Shown here piece by piece: positions 38,233 to 49,408 of a stretch of 64,000 nt of DNA. Origin of the DNA: Candidatus Poribacteria bacterium (GTDB lineage: Bacteria; Poribacteria; WGA-4E; PCPOR2b). Every line of letters starts with the position of its first letter. Positions within the stretch are counted from its first letter, which is position 1. The DNA is taken from positions 3,904,001 through 3,968,000 of the forward strand of contig OZ244042.1 in NCBI GenBank assembly GCA_965215015.1. Reading direction: 5' to 3'. A model generated the notes under the pieces. The model did no database searches, was not told where the DNA came from, and saw nothing but the letters and a program-made list of their open reading frames with translations. A program made the translations under genes and the position numbers.

Positions 38233-39564
38233 ATGAATAACGATCTAGTCATGACCATGCGTCAAATTATGGATCAGACGGAGCTGCCGCAGACAATTTT
38301 TATTGAGGCAATCGAAGCAGCTTTATACTCAGCAGCCAAGCGGCGCTACGGCTCGACACGAGGGGTGTCGATTAAAATAGATCCCGAGTTGGGGAACATT
38401 AAATGTTATGTGCCGAAAAAAGTGGTTGAAATCATGCACCACTTTGCTACCGAAATTCCCATTGAGGAAGCATTAAAAATAAAGCCCGATGCCCGTCTAG
38501 GTGAGGTTATTGAGGTTGAAATTGATCCAAGCGAATTTGGTAGAATTGAAGCCCAAACGGCACGTCAAATCCTTGTCCAAAAAATAAAAGAAGCAGAACG
38601 AGAGCAGATTTATCAGGAATATAAGGAACAAGAAGGAGAAGTCATTACGGGCTATTTCCAACGCACCGAGCGCGGCAACATCATATTGGATTTGGAGCGA
38701 ACGGAAGGTCTCCTCCCTTTTAGTGAAGTACCCCGACCGCACAATTATCGGCGAGGAGATGCACTAAGATGCTTAATCATGGAGGTAAACCTAGATCAAA
38801 AAGGAGCGCAAATCATTCTTTCTCGCACACATAATGGCCTGATCGCTCGCCTGTTTGAAATAGAAGTTCCCGAAGTTTACGATGGCTTGGTGCGGATTAT
38901 GGCAATTGCGCGCGATCCTGGGGACCGTGCAAAAGTCGCTGTCATTGCGACAGATGAGACTATTGATGCGGTTGGTACTTGTGTAGGCGTTAAGGGGGCA
39001 CGCGTTCAAACAGTTGTGAGGGAGTTAGAGGGTGAGAAAATAGATCTCCTCCAATGGAATCCGGATCCTGCACTTTTTATTGCAAACGCGTTGCAACCTG
39101 CTAACGTTGTTCGTGTGAACATTAATGACGAAAATACAAGTGCAGAGGTGATTGTACCGGATGACCAATTGTCGCTAGCAATTGGGCGGCGTGGACAAAA
39201 TGCGCGTCTTGCTGCGAAACTAACGGGTTGGAAAATTGACATCAAAAGCGAATCTGAGGCGGACACGCAATTTAAAGAGGAAATTGCGGAAGAGTTATTC
39301 AAACCCGCAGAGACTGATTCATCTATTCCAACGGCTGAATCGGATCCTGACGAAATAGCTTCTCAGTCTGACTCGGCTGAAATCGATTTGACCGAGTTGG
39401 AGGGTGTCGGCTCCAAAACTGCTGAACTTCTTAGGGATTCCGGTTTTCTGACGGTTGAATTAATTGTTCAAGCTACGGTGGCAGAGCTCTCATCGTTGCC
39501 GGGAATTGGTTCCAAGACCGCAGAGAGGATTCATCACGCTGCATCGAGGATACTTTCAGATTAG
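38233..39564 (+). CDS. nusA: Transcription termination factor NusA
   Basis: FGRIEAQTARQ, ARDPGDRAK, LSLAIGRRGQNARLAAKLTGWKIDI and a C-terminal HhH domain. Confidence 0.98.
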   Translation: MNNDLVMTMRQIMDQTELPQTIFIEAIEAALYSAAKRRYGSTRGVSIKIDPELGNIKCYVPKKVVEIMHHFATEIPIEEALKIKPDARLGEVIEVEIDPSEFGRIEAQTARQILVQKIKEAEREQIYQEYKEQEGEVITGYFQRTERGNIILDLERTEGLLPFSEVPRPHNYRRGDALRCLIMEVNLDQKGAQIILSRTHNGLIARLFEIEVPEVYDGLVRIMAIARDPGDRAKVAVIATDETIDAVGTCVGVKGARVQTVVRELEGEKIDLLQWNPDPALFIANALQPANVVRVNINDENTSAEVIVPDDQLSLAIGRRGQNARLAAKLTGWKIDIKSESEADTQFKEEIAEELFKPAETDSSIPTAESDPDEIASQSDSAEIDLTELEGVGSKTAELLRDSGFLTVELIVQATVAELSSLPGIGSKTAERIHHAASRILSD

Positions 39565-39619
39565 TTCTCCTTTTTCCAATTAAGAGGAATAAGCTTACTC
39601 GTTGTTGAGAGGGGTGAAC

Positions 39620-39907
39620 ATGGCCGCGGTACCTATCCGCACCTGTATTGGATGCCGGGGTAAATTTCCCAAGAAAGATTTGCTTCGATTTGTACAGGAT
39701 GCAGCGGGCAACGTCCAAACAGATTTAACAGGTAAGTTGGCAGGACGTGGTGCCTATGTATGCCAATCACAGGTGTGTATTAATACCACTTTCAAATCTC
39801 AGAAAATTAATGCTCACTTGCGAGTCAACCTTTCAAAGCGGGCTATTGATTCTTTCAAACAAGAGCTCCTTAATTTAGCGAGTCATAGAAACGTTGAGGG
39901 GGTATAA
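39620..39907 (+). CDS. ylxR: YlxR/RnpM family RNA-binding protein
   Basis: PIRTCIGCR and GRGAYVC motifs. Confidence 0.93.
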   Translation: MAAVPIRTCIGCRGKFPKKDLLRFVQDAAGNVQTDLTGKLAGRGAYVCQSQVCINTTFKSQKINAHLRVNLSKRAIDSFKQELLNLASHRNVEGV

Positions 39908-42031
39908 ATGGTGAAAAGTAGTCAAACCAAACAGAGCGAAAGTACTCAAACAAAAAGTAAAAAGATTAGAGTTTATGAACTTGCAAAACAATATGGGGTA
40001 AGCAGCAAAGAGTTTGTTAAAGAGTTGCGTGGGTATGGCATTCCCATCAAAAACCACATGAGTACGTTGCATTCGGAAACTGTTGAGTTAGTCGAGACCG
40101 AACGGAACGCTACAAAGCCCACCTCCGCTGAACCTCCTGAAGCTAAAACTGAACCGCCTCGTTCCAAAAAGAAACCGAAAAAGGTTGCAGCCGTTTCTAC
40201 CATTGATAAAGCGCAGGTTATTGAGTCTAAAACAGAGGCAACTGAAGAAAACACAGCAATCAATGAGAAAAAAGAAGCCCCATCTGTTTTCCAAGTTCAG
40301 GAAGGAATCACCGTTGGTCTACTTGCTTCAGAATTGGGGTTTAAGGGTACCGAAATGATTATGCGCCTCATGAAACTGGGAATTATGGCGAGCATTAACC
40401 AACGCTTGGACTATGCGACACTACAAGCGATAAGCGCCCAGTTTGGATTTGAAGCTGTTCGTAAATTGACTCTGGAGGAGCAAATCCTTCAGGACGAACC
40501 AGATGATGCAACAAATCTCCTCTCGCGTTCCCCTGTTGTTACGATCATGGGGCATGTTGACCATGGTAAAACCTCCTTGCTTGACGCGATCCGACAATCA
40601 AATGTAATGGATACGGAGGCAGGGCAGATTACCCAACACATCGGTGCTTACCATGTGGAGTTGGAAAGCGGCAGTGTCGTCTTTCTAGACACGCCCGGAC
40701 ACGCAGCGTTTACCGCCATGCGGGCTCGCGGCGCGCAAGTCACTGATATTGTGGTCCTTGTTGTTGCAGCTGATGACGGCGTGATGCCACAGACCGTCGA
40801 AGCACTCAACCACGCAAAAGCAGCAGACGTCCCAATTCTTGTCGCAATCAACAAAATTGATGTTGAAAACGCTAGGCCAGATTATGTCAAACAGCAGTTA
40901 GCAGATTATGACCTTGTCCCCGAAGAATGGGGTGGACAGACCATTTTTGTTGACATATCTGCAAAGGAACGGATCGGCATTGAAGATTTGTTAGAAATGC
41001 TGCTCCTTGAAGCAGAATTGCTGGAACTCAGTGCCAATCCGAATAAACCTGCTCGTGGGACGGTTGCCGAAGCCAAACTGGATAAAGGACGAGGCCCCGT
41101 GGCAACCGTACTTGTCCAAAGTGGAACTTTGCACGTTGGTGATGCCTTCCTCGCTGGTCGTTATTACGGAAAAGTTCGCGCGATGATAAATGACCGGGGG
41201 CATCGTGTAAAAAATGCACCGCCCTCAACCCCGGTTGAGGTGCTTGGTTTTACAGGAGTTCCAGAGGCTGGAGACCAATTTTTTGCAGTTGCTTCTGAAA
41301 GAGACGCAAGGACACTTAGCGATTCGCGCCAAGCCCAACATCGAGCGACGCAACTCGGACCACAGAGCCGTGTCAGTTTAGATGACCTCTTCCAACAGAT
41401 TCGGGAAGGTGATATTAAAGAGCTAAACATCATTGTTAAAGGTGATGTGCAAGGTTCCGTTGAGGCGGTTTTTGACTCCTTGCATAGGTTGAGCACAGAT
41501 GAAGTTAAGATTAACATTATTCATCAAGCCGTTGGTGGAATTACCGAAACGGACGTTTTATTGGCGTCTGCCTCCAATGCAATTGTCGTTGGCTTTAATG
41601 TCCATCCTACAACTGGTGCCCTAATCGCAAAAGAGAACGAAGATATTGATGTTCGGACATACAGTGTGATTTACGACCTAATTTCTGATGTCAAATCAGC
41701 GATGGAGGGATTACTTGAGCCTGAAGTCCGAGAGGTTGTCGTCGGTAGGGGAATTGTTCGTGAGCTGTTCAGGACACCCCGCATGGGCACGATTGCAGGA
41801 AGTTATGTGAATTGGGGGCGAATTATCCGTAACTACGCCCTCCGGGTCCTACGAGACAATCGCCTAATATACGAGGGAAAGGTCGATTCGTTACGACATT
41901 TTAAGGAAGATGTCACTGAAATTCAGGCAAACTACGAGTGTGGCATCGGTGTTAGCACCTTTGATGATTTCAAAGTGGATGATGTGTTGGAATGCTATAC
42001 CCACGAGCGCATACCACGCTCACTGAGGTAG
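39908..42031 (+). CDS. infB: Translation initiation factor IF-2
   Basis: [24 protein letters not shown] and NKID motifs. Confidence 0.99.
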   Translation: MVKSSQTKQSESTQTKSKKIRVYELAKQYGVSSKEFVKELRGYGIPIKNHMSTLHSETVELVETERNATKPTSAEPPEAKTEPPRSKKKPKKVAAVSTIDKAQVIESKTEATEENTAINEKKEAPSVFQVQEGITVGLLASELGFKGTEMIMRLMKLGIMASINQRLDYATLQAISAQFGFEAVRKLTLEEQILQDEPDDATNLLSRSPVVTIMGHVDHGKTSLLDAIRQSNVMDTEAGQITQHIGAYHVELESGSVVFLDTPGHAAFTAMRARGAQVTDIVVLVVAADDGVMPQTVEALNHAKAADVPILVAINKIDVENARPDYVKQQLADYDLVPEEWGGQTIFVDISAKERIGIEDLLEMLLLEAELLELSANPNKPARGTVAEAKLDKGRGPVATVLVQSGTLHVGDAFLAGRYYGKVRAMINDRGHRVKNAPPSTPVEVLGFTGVPEAGDQFFAVASERDARTLSDSRQAQHRATQLGPQSRVSLDDLFQQIREGDIKELNIIVKGDVQGSVEAVFDSLHRLSTDEVKINIIHQAVGGITETDVLLASASNAIVVGFNVHPTTGALIAKENEDIDVRTYSVIYDLISDVKSAMEGLLEPEVREVVVGRGIVRELFRTPRMGTIAGSYVNWGRIIRNYALRVLRDNRLIYEGKVDSLRHFKEDVTEIQANYECGIGVSTFDDFKVDDVLECYTHERIPRSLR

Positions 42032-42092
42032 AGTCGAGGTTAGTACTGACGAGTGCTTAAAACCGTTTGCCTATATCGACTGCGTTGCGTTT

Positions 42093-42377
42093 ATGCATAT
42101 TGGAGTTTGTACAATCTGGCTAACAATTCCAGACAGTCATTCGCTCAAACAGAAGCGACAGGTGGTTAAAAGCATCACCGACCGGCTAAAAAATCGATTT
42201 AACATCGCTGTCGCCGAGGTTGATGCGCTTGACGTGCATCAGCAGGTTGTGCTTGGTGTGGTATCTGTTTCAAATGATACAAAGCATCTCAATCGTGTTT
42301 TATCTTATGTTATCAACTTTATTGAAGATTCCCTGTTGGCAGAATTAACGGACTACGAAATTGAAATTCTGTCCTGA
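42093..42377 (+). CDS. DUF503 (YlxP) family protein
   Basis: SHSLKQKRQVVKS...RFNIAVAEVD; conserved position between infB and rbfA. Confidence 0.92.
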   Translation: MHIGVCTIWLTIPDSHSLKQKRQVVKSITDRLKNRFNIAVAEVDALDVHQQVVLGVVSVSNDTKHLNRVLSYVINFIEDSLLAELTDYEIEILS

Positions 42378-42399
42378 TGAGGTGGACCTGAGAAAAACA

Positions 42400-42789
42400 A
42401 TGCCAGGAAGACGTACAGACCGCGTGAGTGTACTTATACAAAGAGAGTTAAGTGACATCATTCAACGGGATCTCAAAGATCCGCGCGTCAGTTTTTGCAC
42501 CATCTCCCAAGTTGAGGTCTCTACAGATTTGAGGTATGCAGATGTCAAAGTGAGTGTTATTGGTGACAAGAAGCAGAAACGGAATTCCATAACAGGGCTT
42601 AAAAGTGCCGCTGGCTTCTTGCGACGTGAGGTTGTGCAACGAATTGGTTTACGCCACGCCCCCGAACTACGTTTTGAATTAGACGATTCTGTCGATCAAT
42701 TAATGCGAATAGATCGCCTGCTCAAACAAATTCATACCGAAGAAGAGATTTCATCGCCATCCGATGACGAGGCAATGGAGACGAATTAG
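42400..42789 (+). CDS. rbfA: 30S ribosome-binding factor A
   Basis: LKDPRV, DLRYADV and LRHAPELRFELD motifs. Confidence 0.97.
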   Translation: MPGRRTDRVSVLIQRELSDIIQRDLKDPRVSFCTISQVEVSTDLRYADVKVSVIGDKKQKRNSITGLKSAAGFLRREVVQRIGLRHAPELRFELDDSVDQLMRIDRLLKQIHTEEEISSPSDDEAMETN

Positions 42790-42799
42790 TTTAGCTGCT

Positions 42800-43774
42800 A
42801 TGAAAGATTATCAAGCAATTTTGCAGGTGTTTGACCAACACCAATCTTTTGCACTCTCGACACACGTCAATCCGGATGGCGATGCACTCGGATCTGAATT
42901 AGCACTCTACTCCTTCCTCAAGGACCTCGGAAAACAGGTCAAAATTTATAACACAGATGCCGCCCCACAGAACTACAAATTTCTGCCTTTTTATGATGCT
43001 ATTTTGCCTGTCAAAGCCCTCCGCGATGACTTTCCCCAGGTCCTGGTTGTTCTGGATGCAGGCGTATTGAAACGCATTGGTGAATACCTGTCTCGCACCC
43101 TAGTTCCGACCAAGGCAATCGTCAATATTGATCACCACACTGCTGCTGAACGCTTTGGAGATTACAACCTCGTCGAAACCGACGCATCATCGACATCGGA
43201 GATAATCTACCGGTTGATTCGACATCACGGAACCCCAATAGGAAAAAAGCGTGCCCTTTGTCTTTACACAGGGATAATGTTCGATACAGGTTGTTTTCGA
43301 TATTCAAATTCAACACCGATGGCTCACCACGTTGCAGCGAATTTGATTCAGGAAGGAATTGCTGTTGACGAAGTATATCGTGCGGTATACGAAACGTTGC
43401 CTATTGGAACCCTTCTTTTACTGAGTGAAGTCTTCCAAACCCTTGGCACGACACCAGATGGCAAAATTGGTTGGTTGTATGCAACACAGGAGATGTTTCA
43501 TAAAACCGGAACAACCCGCGACGATGTGGATGGGTTTATCAATCATATCCGGTCCATTGATACCGTTGAGGTAGCAATCCTCGTGAGCGAGTATAAAAAC
43601 GGTGTATCGAAAGCAAGCCTGCGGAGCAAATCGTCTGTTGATGTTGGCGAGATTGCTTCCCTATTTGGCGGTGGGGGACATCAGCGTGCTGCGGGTTGTG
43701 AGATTGATACTCCCTGTCAAGAGGCAATCGCGCAACTTGTGGCGATGACACAGCAACGAATGAAAGATAGATAA
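42800..43774 (+). CDS. nrnA: DHH/DHHA1 oligoribonuclease-PAP phosphatase
   Basis: HVNPDGDALGS, NIDHH, DTGCF and GGGGHQRAAG motifs. Confidence 0.93.
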   Translation: MKDYQAILQVFDQHQSFALSTHVNPDGDALGSELALYSFLKDLGKQVKIYNTDAAPQNYKFLPFYDAILPVKALRDDFPQVLVVLDAGVLKRIGEYLSRTLVPTKAIVNIDHHTAAERFGDYNLVETDASSTSEIIYRLIRHHGTPIGKKRALCLYTGIMFDTGCFRYSNSTPMAHHVAANLIQEGIAVDEVYRAVYETLPIGTLLLLSEVFQTLGTTPDGKIGWLYATQEMFHKTGTTRDDVDGFINHIRSIDTVEVAILVSEYKNGVSKASLRSKSSVDVGEIASLFGGGGHQRAAGCEIDTPCQEAIAQLVAMTQQRMKDR

Positions 43775-43900
43775 ATCTGGATTACAACGGGCGTCAATGC
43801 ACGAAAATTTGTTAGGAGATAGGGGGCAGATTTTGCTGTCAGTCGTGAGATTGATTGTCACGTTGGTCGAACTGCTTTGGTAAACCGCGGTGGATAGACA

Positions 43901-44626
43901 ATGGGAATTCACGGTGTTCTCAATCTGAATAAACCCCCAAAGGTTACCTCAAGACAGGCTGTAGATTGCGTGAAACGCCTACTAAATGTAAAAAAGGCAG
44001 GACATGGGGGCACGCTCGATCCGGATGCTACCGGCGTATTACTCATATGTCTCGGTGATGGAACAAAGCTATTTGAAGCGTTACAGGCTGGCACAAAAGA
44101 ATATGAGGCTACGCTTACATTGGGCATCACAACGGATACCCTTGATGCCAATGGACAGATTATCAAAACGACAGATACGAGTCAGATACCCCCCAATCAA
44201 ATTCAATCCGTCTGTCAGCAATTTGTTGGGGAAATCGAGCAAATGCCGCCGATGTTTTCTGCGGTAAAGCATAAAGGGCAACCGCTGTACAAATTGGCAC
44301 GCCGAGGGATTGAAGTCAAACGCCGCTCAAGACAGGTATTCATCGAATCTATTGAATTGCTATCATTTAATATTCCCGAAGTCCGTTTCCGAGTTGTTTG
44401 TTCCAAGGGAACGTATATTCGAGTTCTCGCCGCAGATATTGGAGCGGTATTGGGGTGTGGTGCCCATCTTTCAGAACTGATCCGCACACGCTCTGGCGTA
44501 TTCAGGATCGAGAGAGCACATACATTTGATAGTCTTAAGCGTACTCCCGAATTTGCTTATCAGGCTGTAACCCCAATTGATACTGTTGATAATATGCTGA
44601 ATCAGCAGTTGGCACTGACCCGATGA
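43901..44626 (+). CDS. truB: tRNA pseudouridine(55) synthase
   Basis: GHGGTLDPDATGVL, PPMFSAVK and CSKGTYIR motifs. Confidence 0.97.
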   Translation: MGIHGVLNLNKPPKVTSRQAVDCVKRLLNVKKAGHGGTLDPDATGVLLICLGDGTKLFEALQAGTKEYEATLTLGITTDTLDANGQIIKTTDTSQIPPNQIQSVCQQFVGEIEQMPPMFSAVKHKGQPLYKLARRGIEVKRRSRQVFIESIELLSFNIPEVRFRVVCSKGTYIRVLAADIGAVLGCGAHLSELIRTRSGVFRIERAHTFDSLKRTPEFAYQAVTPIDTVDNMLNQQLALTR

Positions 44627-44657
44627 TTTTCAATCGTTGGGTGCTGGAGATTGAATC

Positions 44658-45608
44658 TTGCAGATTTACTACGATCTAGAAACTCCTGCTGAATTTTTTC
44701 AGGAGTCTATTGTCACTGTTGGTGTGTTTGATGGACTACACATTGGGCATCAGGCAGTCATCCACCACGTATTGACGCAATCAAAAAAATTCAGACTAGC
44801 GAGTGTTGTGCTGACTTTCGACCCACCCCCCTTGGCTTTCCTTGTCCCTGAAAAATGCCCTCCAGCCTTGACAACCCTTCCGAAGAAAATTGAGATATTA
44901 GAGCACCTCGGTGTTGATGCTGTTGTCTTTGCGCGCTTTGATGCGTATTTGCAACAAATGTCCCCTGATACCTTTGTCCAGCAAGTTCTATTGCAGCGAT
45001 TGTATGCCAGACAGGTTATTATTGGTTATGATTGGCAGTTCGGCAAAGGGCGATCTGGCAACGCAGAAGCCTTGAAGCAACTTGGGGAGCGGTATCAATT
45101 TGGTGTGACGATTGTTGGCTCCATACAACTTCACGGTGCACCTGTTCATAGTACGCGCATCCGTGAAGCGATCTCAAAAAGTAACCTTGATCTAGTATCT
45201 GAACTGCTAGGGCGTCGATACTCAATCATGGGTGAGATAGTACAAGGTGAGGGGCGTGGGCGGCAGATTGGGTTTCCTACTGCCAACATTGATGCCGGAA
45301 ATCAGATGCTGCCACCGAGTGGGGTTTACGCCAGCCAAGTCAAGTTAGAAGGGTGTATGTTCGACGGTGTAACGAATATGGGGACAAGACCAACGTTTGA
45401 TGGAGAAAAATTCCAGATTGAAACGCATCTATTTGATTTTGAGAAAATAGTATACGGAAAAGAGATAGAAATTTTCTTCATTGAAAAGATTAGGACTGAA
45501 CAGAAATTTCCAAACCCAGAAACGTTAATTGATCAGATTAAGCAGGACATTGTTCAGGCTAAAGCCATTCTGAATCAAATGAAGAGCAGAAATGCCCATT
45601 GCTGCTGA
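44658..45608 (+). CDS. ribF: Riboflavin kinase/FAD synthetase
   Basis: GVFDGLHIGHQ, HSTRIR, GRQIGFPTAN and GTRPTF motifs. Confidence 0.97.
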   Translation: MQIYYDLETPAEFFQESIVTVGVFDGLHIGHQAVIHHVLTQSKKFRLASVVLTFDPPPLAFLVPEKCPPALTTLPKKIEILEHLGVDAVVFARFDAYLQQMSPDTFVQQVLLQRLYARQVIIGYDWQFGKGRSGNAEALKQLGERYQFGVTIVGSIQLHGAPVHSTRIREAISKSNLDLVSELLGRRYSIMGEIVQGEGRGRQIGFPTANIDAGNQMLPPSGVYASQVKLEGCMFDGVTNMGTRPTFDGEKFQIETHLFDFEKIVYGKEIEIFFIEKIRTEQKFPNPETLIDQIKQDIVQAKAILNQMKSRNAHCC

Positions 45609-45735
45609 ATCTCACTTCAATAGGAAGAAATTTGATTTACAAAACACTTTGGTTTATGGTATATTAACCTGCATGTATATGTAAAAAAACGCATTGCGCG
45701 CGAAAAGAAAATATGAAAAAGGAGGTGAATTCTGT

Positions 45736-46026
45736 ATGGCACTGGCAGTTGAGAAGAAAAAGGAATTGGTCGAAACGTATAGAACCCATGATAGCGATAC
45801 CGGATCACCAGAAGTTCAGGTGGCAATTATCCAGACTCGCATCCGGGAGTTGACGGAACATTTTCGGGTCCATAGGAAAGATTATCATTCGAGACAGGGC
45901 CTGTTTAGACTCGTGAGTAAACAACGTCGTTTATTGCGTTATCTGCACAGACAAGATGTTCAACGGTATCGTAACCTGATTACTCAACTTGGAATTCGTG
46001 ACACGATTTCAGGCAGGAGAAGCTAG
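45736..46026 (+). CDS. rpsO: 30S ribosomal protein S15
   Basis: [10 protein letters not shown] and [11 protein letters not shown] motifs; RBS GGAGGTG. Confidence 0.98.
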   Translation: MALAVEKKKELVETYRTHDSDTGSPEVQVAIIQTRIRELTEHFRVHRKDYHSRQGLFRLVSKQRRLLRYLHRQDVQRYRNLITQLGIRDTISGRRS

Positions 46027-46061
46027 TAAACCACCGTAGAACGTTGTGAGGAGGACAAATA

Positions 46062-48314
46062 TTGAAAGTTGAAATGCAGCTTGGGAGCGAAAAGCTCTCA
46101 ATCGAAACAGGAAAGGTTGCCAAACAAGCAGACGGTGCGGTTTGGGTACAATACGGTGGAACGGTTGTCTTAGTAGCAGTCGTCGCTGATAAGAAAGAAT
46201 CGAATCTAGACTTCTTTCCATTAACCGTAGATTATCGTGAAAAATCTTATGCAGCGGGGCGCATCCCCGGCGTCTATGGTAGACGCGAACCACGCCCAGG
46301 TGGAAGTGAACTCTTGACGGCGCGTTTGATTGACCATTGCATTCGCCCCCTTTTCCCCAAGGATTTCCAAGTCGAAGTGCAAGTCATGTGTACGGTACTG
46401 GCTTCCGATCAGATTCACCCTGCTGATGTGCCAGCTCTCATTGGAACGTCGGCGGCACTCAGTATCTCTGATATCCCGTTTAACGGACCTGTCGGTGCCG
46501 TCACAATTGGAAGGCTAGATGGGGAATTTTGCGTTAATCCGACTTATGAAGAATTAGAACGGTGTGAATTAGAATTTTTCGTCAGTGGAACAACCGATGC
46601 GGTTATGTCTGTCGAAGGTGGGGCACACGAGGTGCCAGAAGATGAGGTGATTGATGCGATTGGCGCAGCTCACGAAGAGATAAAAGGAATCACTAAACTT
46701 CAGGAAGGTTTAATTGCGCTTTGTGGAAAGTCTACCCGCGAGTACAAAATGAAAGAGATTGATGAAGAACTGAGCTCGCGTATCCGAAACCTTGCAACAG
46801 AAAGGATTCGGGAATCCATTGGCATGGACCAAAAACACGACCGCGAAGACTATCTCGAACAGGTACAGGCAGACATTCTGTCAGAAATTCTTGATGATGT
46901 TGAGACAGAAGAAGATGGTCCCGAAGTCACGAAGGATGCTATGTCGATACTAGGCGACATCGAAAAAGAACAGATGCGCCAGTCAATCTTGAACGAAGGA
47001 AAGCGGGTGGATGGACGGGGAGCCACGGATATTCGAGAAATTTCAGGTGAAGTTAGCGTCCTGCCTCGCGTACACGGTTCAGCACTTTTTACCCGCGGAC
47101 AAACCCAAGCCCTTTGTGTGACGACACTCGGTACCAAAGGTGACGAAGATGTGAACCGTTCCCTGACTGGAGAGGTTAGAAAATACTTTTTCCTTCACTA
47201 CAATTTCCCACCATACAGCACCGGCGAAGTCAAGAGAATTATGGGCCCGGGGCGAAGAGAAATCGGCCACGGTGCTCTCGCTGAGAGGGCGATTCAGCCT
47301 GTCATCCCTAGTCGAGAAGAATTCCGATACACAATTCGTGCAGTATCCGAGATTCTTGAATCGAACGCATCTTCCTCCATGGCAAGCGTATGTGGCGTGA
47401 CCCTTTCGCTGTTGGACGCCGGGGTGCCTATCAAAAAGCCGGTGGCAGGAGTGGGTGTTGGATTGATTAAGGAAGGCGATCGCGAGGTCATCTTAACGGA
47501 TATGCTCGGCACCGAAGACTTCCTCGGTGACATGGACTTTAAAATCGCCGGCACTCGCGATGGTATCACTGCTATCCAGATGGACATCAAAATTGATGGT
47601 GTGACGCCGGAGTTGATGCGGCGAGCCATCCATCAAGCGAAAGGCGCGCGTCTGGCTGTTCTGGATAAGATGAGTGAAGTTATTGATAAACCCCGCGATG
47701 AGATTTCTCCGTATGCGCCACGTATCTATGAAATCCACATTTCGCCCTCTAAAATCAAAGACTTGATTGGTCCTCGTGGTAAAACCGTTCAGGCTATTCA
47801 AGAGGAAACCGGTGTAACAATTGACATAGAGGACGATGGGAGGGTCGAGCTTTCATCATTCAATGCTGAAGCTGCTAACAAAGCCGAAGAGATGATTCTC
47901 TCCATTACCGCAATTCCTGAAGTCGGCAAAGAATACGCCGGAAAAGTTACCCGTATAACAGGATTTGGTGCTTTTATTGAGATTATACCCGGCCAGGATG
48001 GATTGCTTCATATCTCTCAAATGGGAGATGGATACGTCCGACAGGTTGAAGATGTGATGAATATCGGTCATGAAGTCGCCGTACGTGTCATTGAGATTGA
48101 TGACCAAGGTCGCGTTGACCTGACGCTTGCGAGTAACCCTGTAACCGCAAATTCCGCTTCATCAGAGCGAGGGGAATCCCGAGATCGGGGGGAGTCGCGC
48201 CCACGGGAGAAGCGTCCAAATAGAGGGCAGCGTGATTCTCGCAACTCTCGTCACAATCGTGGCAACGACTCACGAGACCGGCGACCGCCAAGAATCCCCA
48301 AAGGCAGATTTTAG
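46062..48314 (+). CDS. pnp: Polyribonucleotide nucleotidyltransferase
   Basis: FFPLTVDYRE, HGSALFTRGQTQ, GDMDFKIAG, KH and S1 domains. Confidence 0.99.
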   Translation: MKVEMQLGSEKLSIETGKVAKQADGAVWVQYGGTVVLVAVVADKKESNLDFFPLTVDYREKSYAAGRIPGVYGRREPRPGGSELLTARLIDHCIRPLFPKDFQVEVQVMCTVLASDQIHPADVPALIGTSAALSISDIPFNGPVGAVTIGRLDGEFCVNPTYEELERCELEFFVSGTTDAVMSVEGGAHEVPEDEVIDAIGAAHEEIKGITKLQEGLIALCGKSTREYKMKEIDEELSSRIRNLATERIRESIGMDQKHDREDYLEQVQADILSEILDDVETEEDGPEVTKDAMSILGDIEKEQMRQSILNEGKRVDGRGATDIREISGEVSVLPRVHGSALFTRGQTQALCVTTLGTKGDEDVNRSLTGEVRKYFFLHYNFPPYSTGEVKRIMGPGRREIGHGALAERAIQPVIPSREEFRYTIRAVSEILESNASSSMASVCGVTLSLLDAGVPIKKPVAGVGVGLIKEGDREVILTDMLGTEDFLGDMDFKIAGTRDGITAIQMDIKIDGVTPELMRRAIHQAKGARLAVLDKMSEVIDKPRDEISPYAPRIYEIHISPSKIKDLIGPRGKTVQAIQEETGVTIDIEDDGRVELSSFNAEAANKAEEMILSITAIPEVGKEYAGKVTRITGFGAFIEIIPGQDGLLHISQMGDGYVRQVEDVMNIGHEVAVRVIEIDDQGRVDLTLASNPVTANSASSERGESRDRGESRPREKRPNRGQRDSRNSRHNRGNDSRDRRPPRIPKGRF

Positions 48315-48510
48315 TATAGTACAACTATTGCGAAGATGCGTTGCATTGGTCGCAATATCATCTATAACGTGAGGCGTGAGAGAGGAATTGGTCTCTCACA
48401 TCTCACGAATTACTCATCACGTTTGAAGGGATACGTTGCATTAATCGGCAAGAGCCGCTGGGCGGATTCTCCAATAATTTGTTGTAGAATATTTGCGAGG
48501 GGTGTTTCAC

Positions 48511-48720
48511 ATGCAAGCCAAGTACCCTATTCGGAGAACAAGAAGGATAATTAACAAAGAAAGGGATCTCCTCGACTATAAATGGTTGACCTACCTGCTG
48601 ACATTTATTCTGGTTGTTCTGGTAACCATTTTTGTTCTTGCTGTGACCCGTCGAGAATGGCTGATCCATCAAGCGAAATGGTTCGTTAAATCCGTAAAAC
48701 TGGCATTCGGTTTAGAATAG
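48511..48720 (+). CDS. Small single-pass membrane protein
   Basis: RBS GAGGGG, basic N-terminus, one hydrophobic helix; co-oriented with downstream lipoproteins. Confidence 0.65.
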   Translation: MQAKYPIRRTRRIINKERDLLDYKWLTYLLTFILVVLVTIFVLAVTRREWLIHQAKWFVKSVKLAFGLE

Positions 48721-48778
48721 TCCACCCCTCCCCTATCCAATCCGCTGGTACATCGAATATTCATTCCAGAGGTTTGAG

Positions 48779-49342
48779 ATGAAACTTCCTTTGCTTTCCT
48801 CATCCACTGTACAATATTTTATGCGATTCGCTGCTACACTATGTGCTGTGCTTTCGCAAGGTGTTTTGGTCCTTGGAGTTGTGGGATGCGGTTATGTGTC
48901 AACCTCAGACTATCTCAGTCATATAAAATCGATTACGATTTCACCGATTGAGATTCAAGATCCAGATTTCACATTTGATACTTCCGGTAATCCACACGAT
49001 GAAGTGATTCGAGAGGCACTCATTAACCGTTTTAACCAGAAATGGCGCGATGGTAACGATGCACACCTCGATGTAATTATTTTGGATTACCATCTCGCAC
49101 CTTATCGTTATGATGCGAATAATCAACCTGAGCAATTTCGCATGAGTTTAGAGATTGAGTATGAGTTTCGAGACCGCGTCCAGAACAAAATCATAGATCG
49201 TAGAGATAGTTACGTCCAAATTCACGATTTCTATGTTGTTTCGGGGCAAGGGGAGCCTCCAGAAACACGCGAAGAGGCACAAAAACGGCTCATTCAAGAA
49301 TTAGTTGATGATTTCTACAGTACACTTGCTGAACAATGGTAG
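48779..49342 (+). CDS. LptE-like lipoprotein
   Basis: Lipobox VVGC followed by GY; ends EEAQKRLIQELVDDFYSTLAEQW, resembling LptE-family proteins. Confidence 0.6.
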   Translation: MKLPLLSSSTVQYFMRFAATLCAVLSQGVLVLGVVGCGYVSTSDYLSHIKSITISPIEIQDPDFTFDTSGNPHDEVIREALINRFNQKWRDGNDAHLDVIILDYHLAPYRYDANNQPEQFRMSLEIEYEFRDRVQNKIIDRRDSYVQIHDFYVVSGQGEPPETREEAQKRLIQELVDDFYSTLAEQW

Positions 49343-49408
49343 GCTCATAGACGCATGTTCCGGCTGCGCCGAGAATGCTCGGAACGGCACTTGTGAGATC
49401 ATAGGGTT

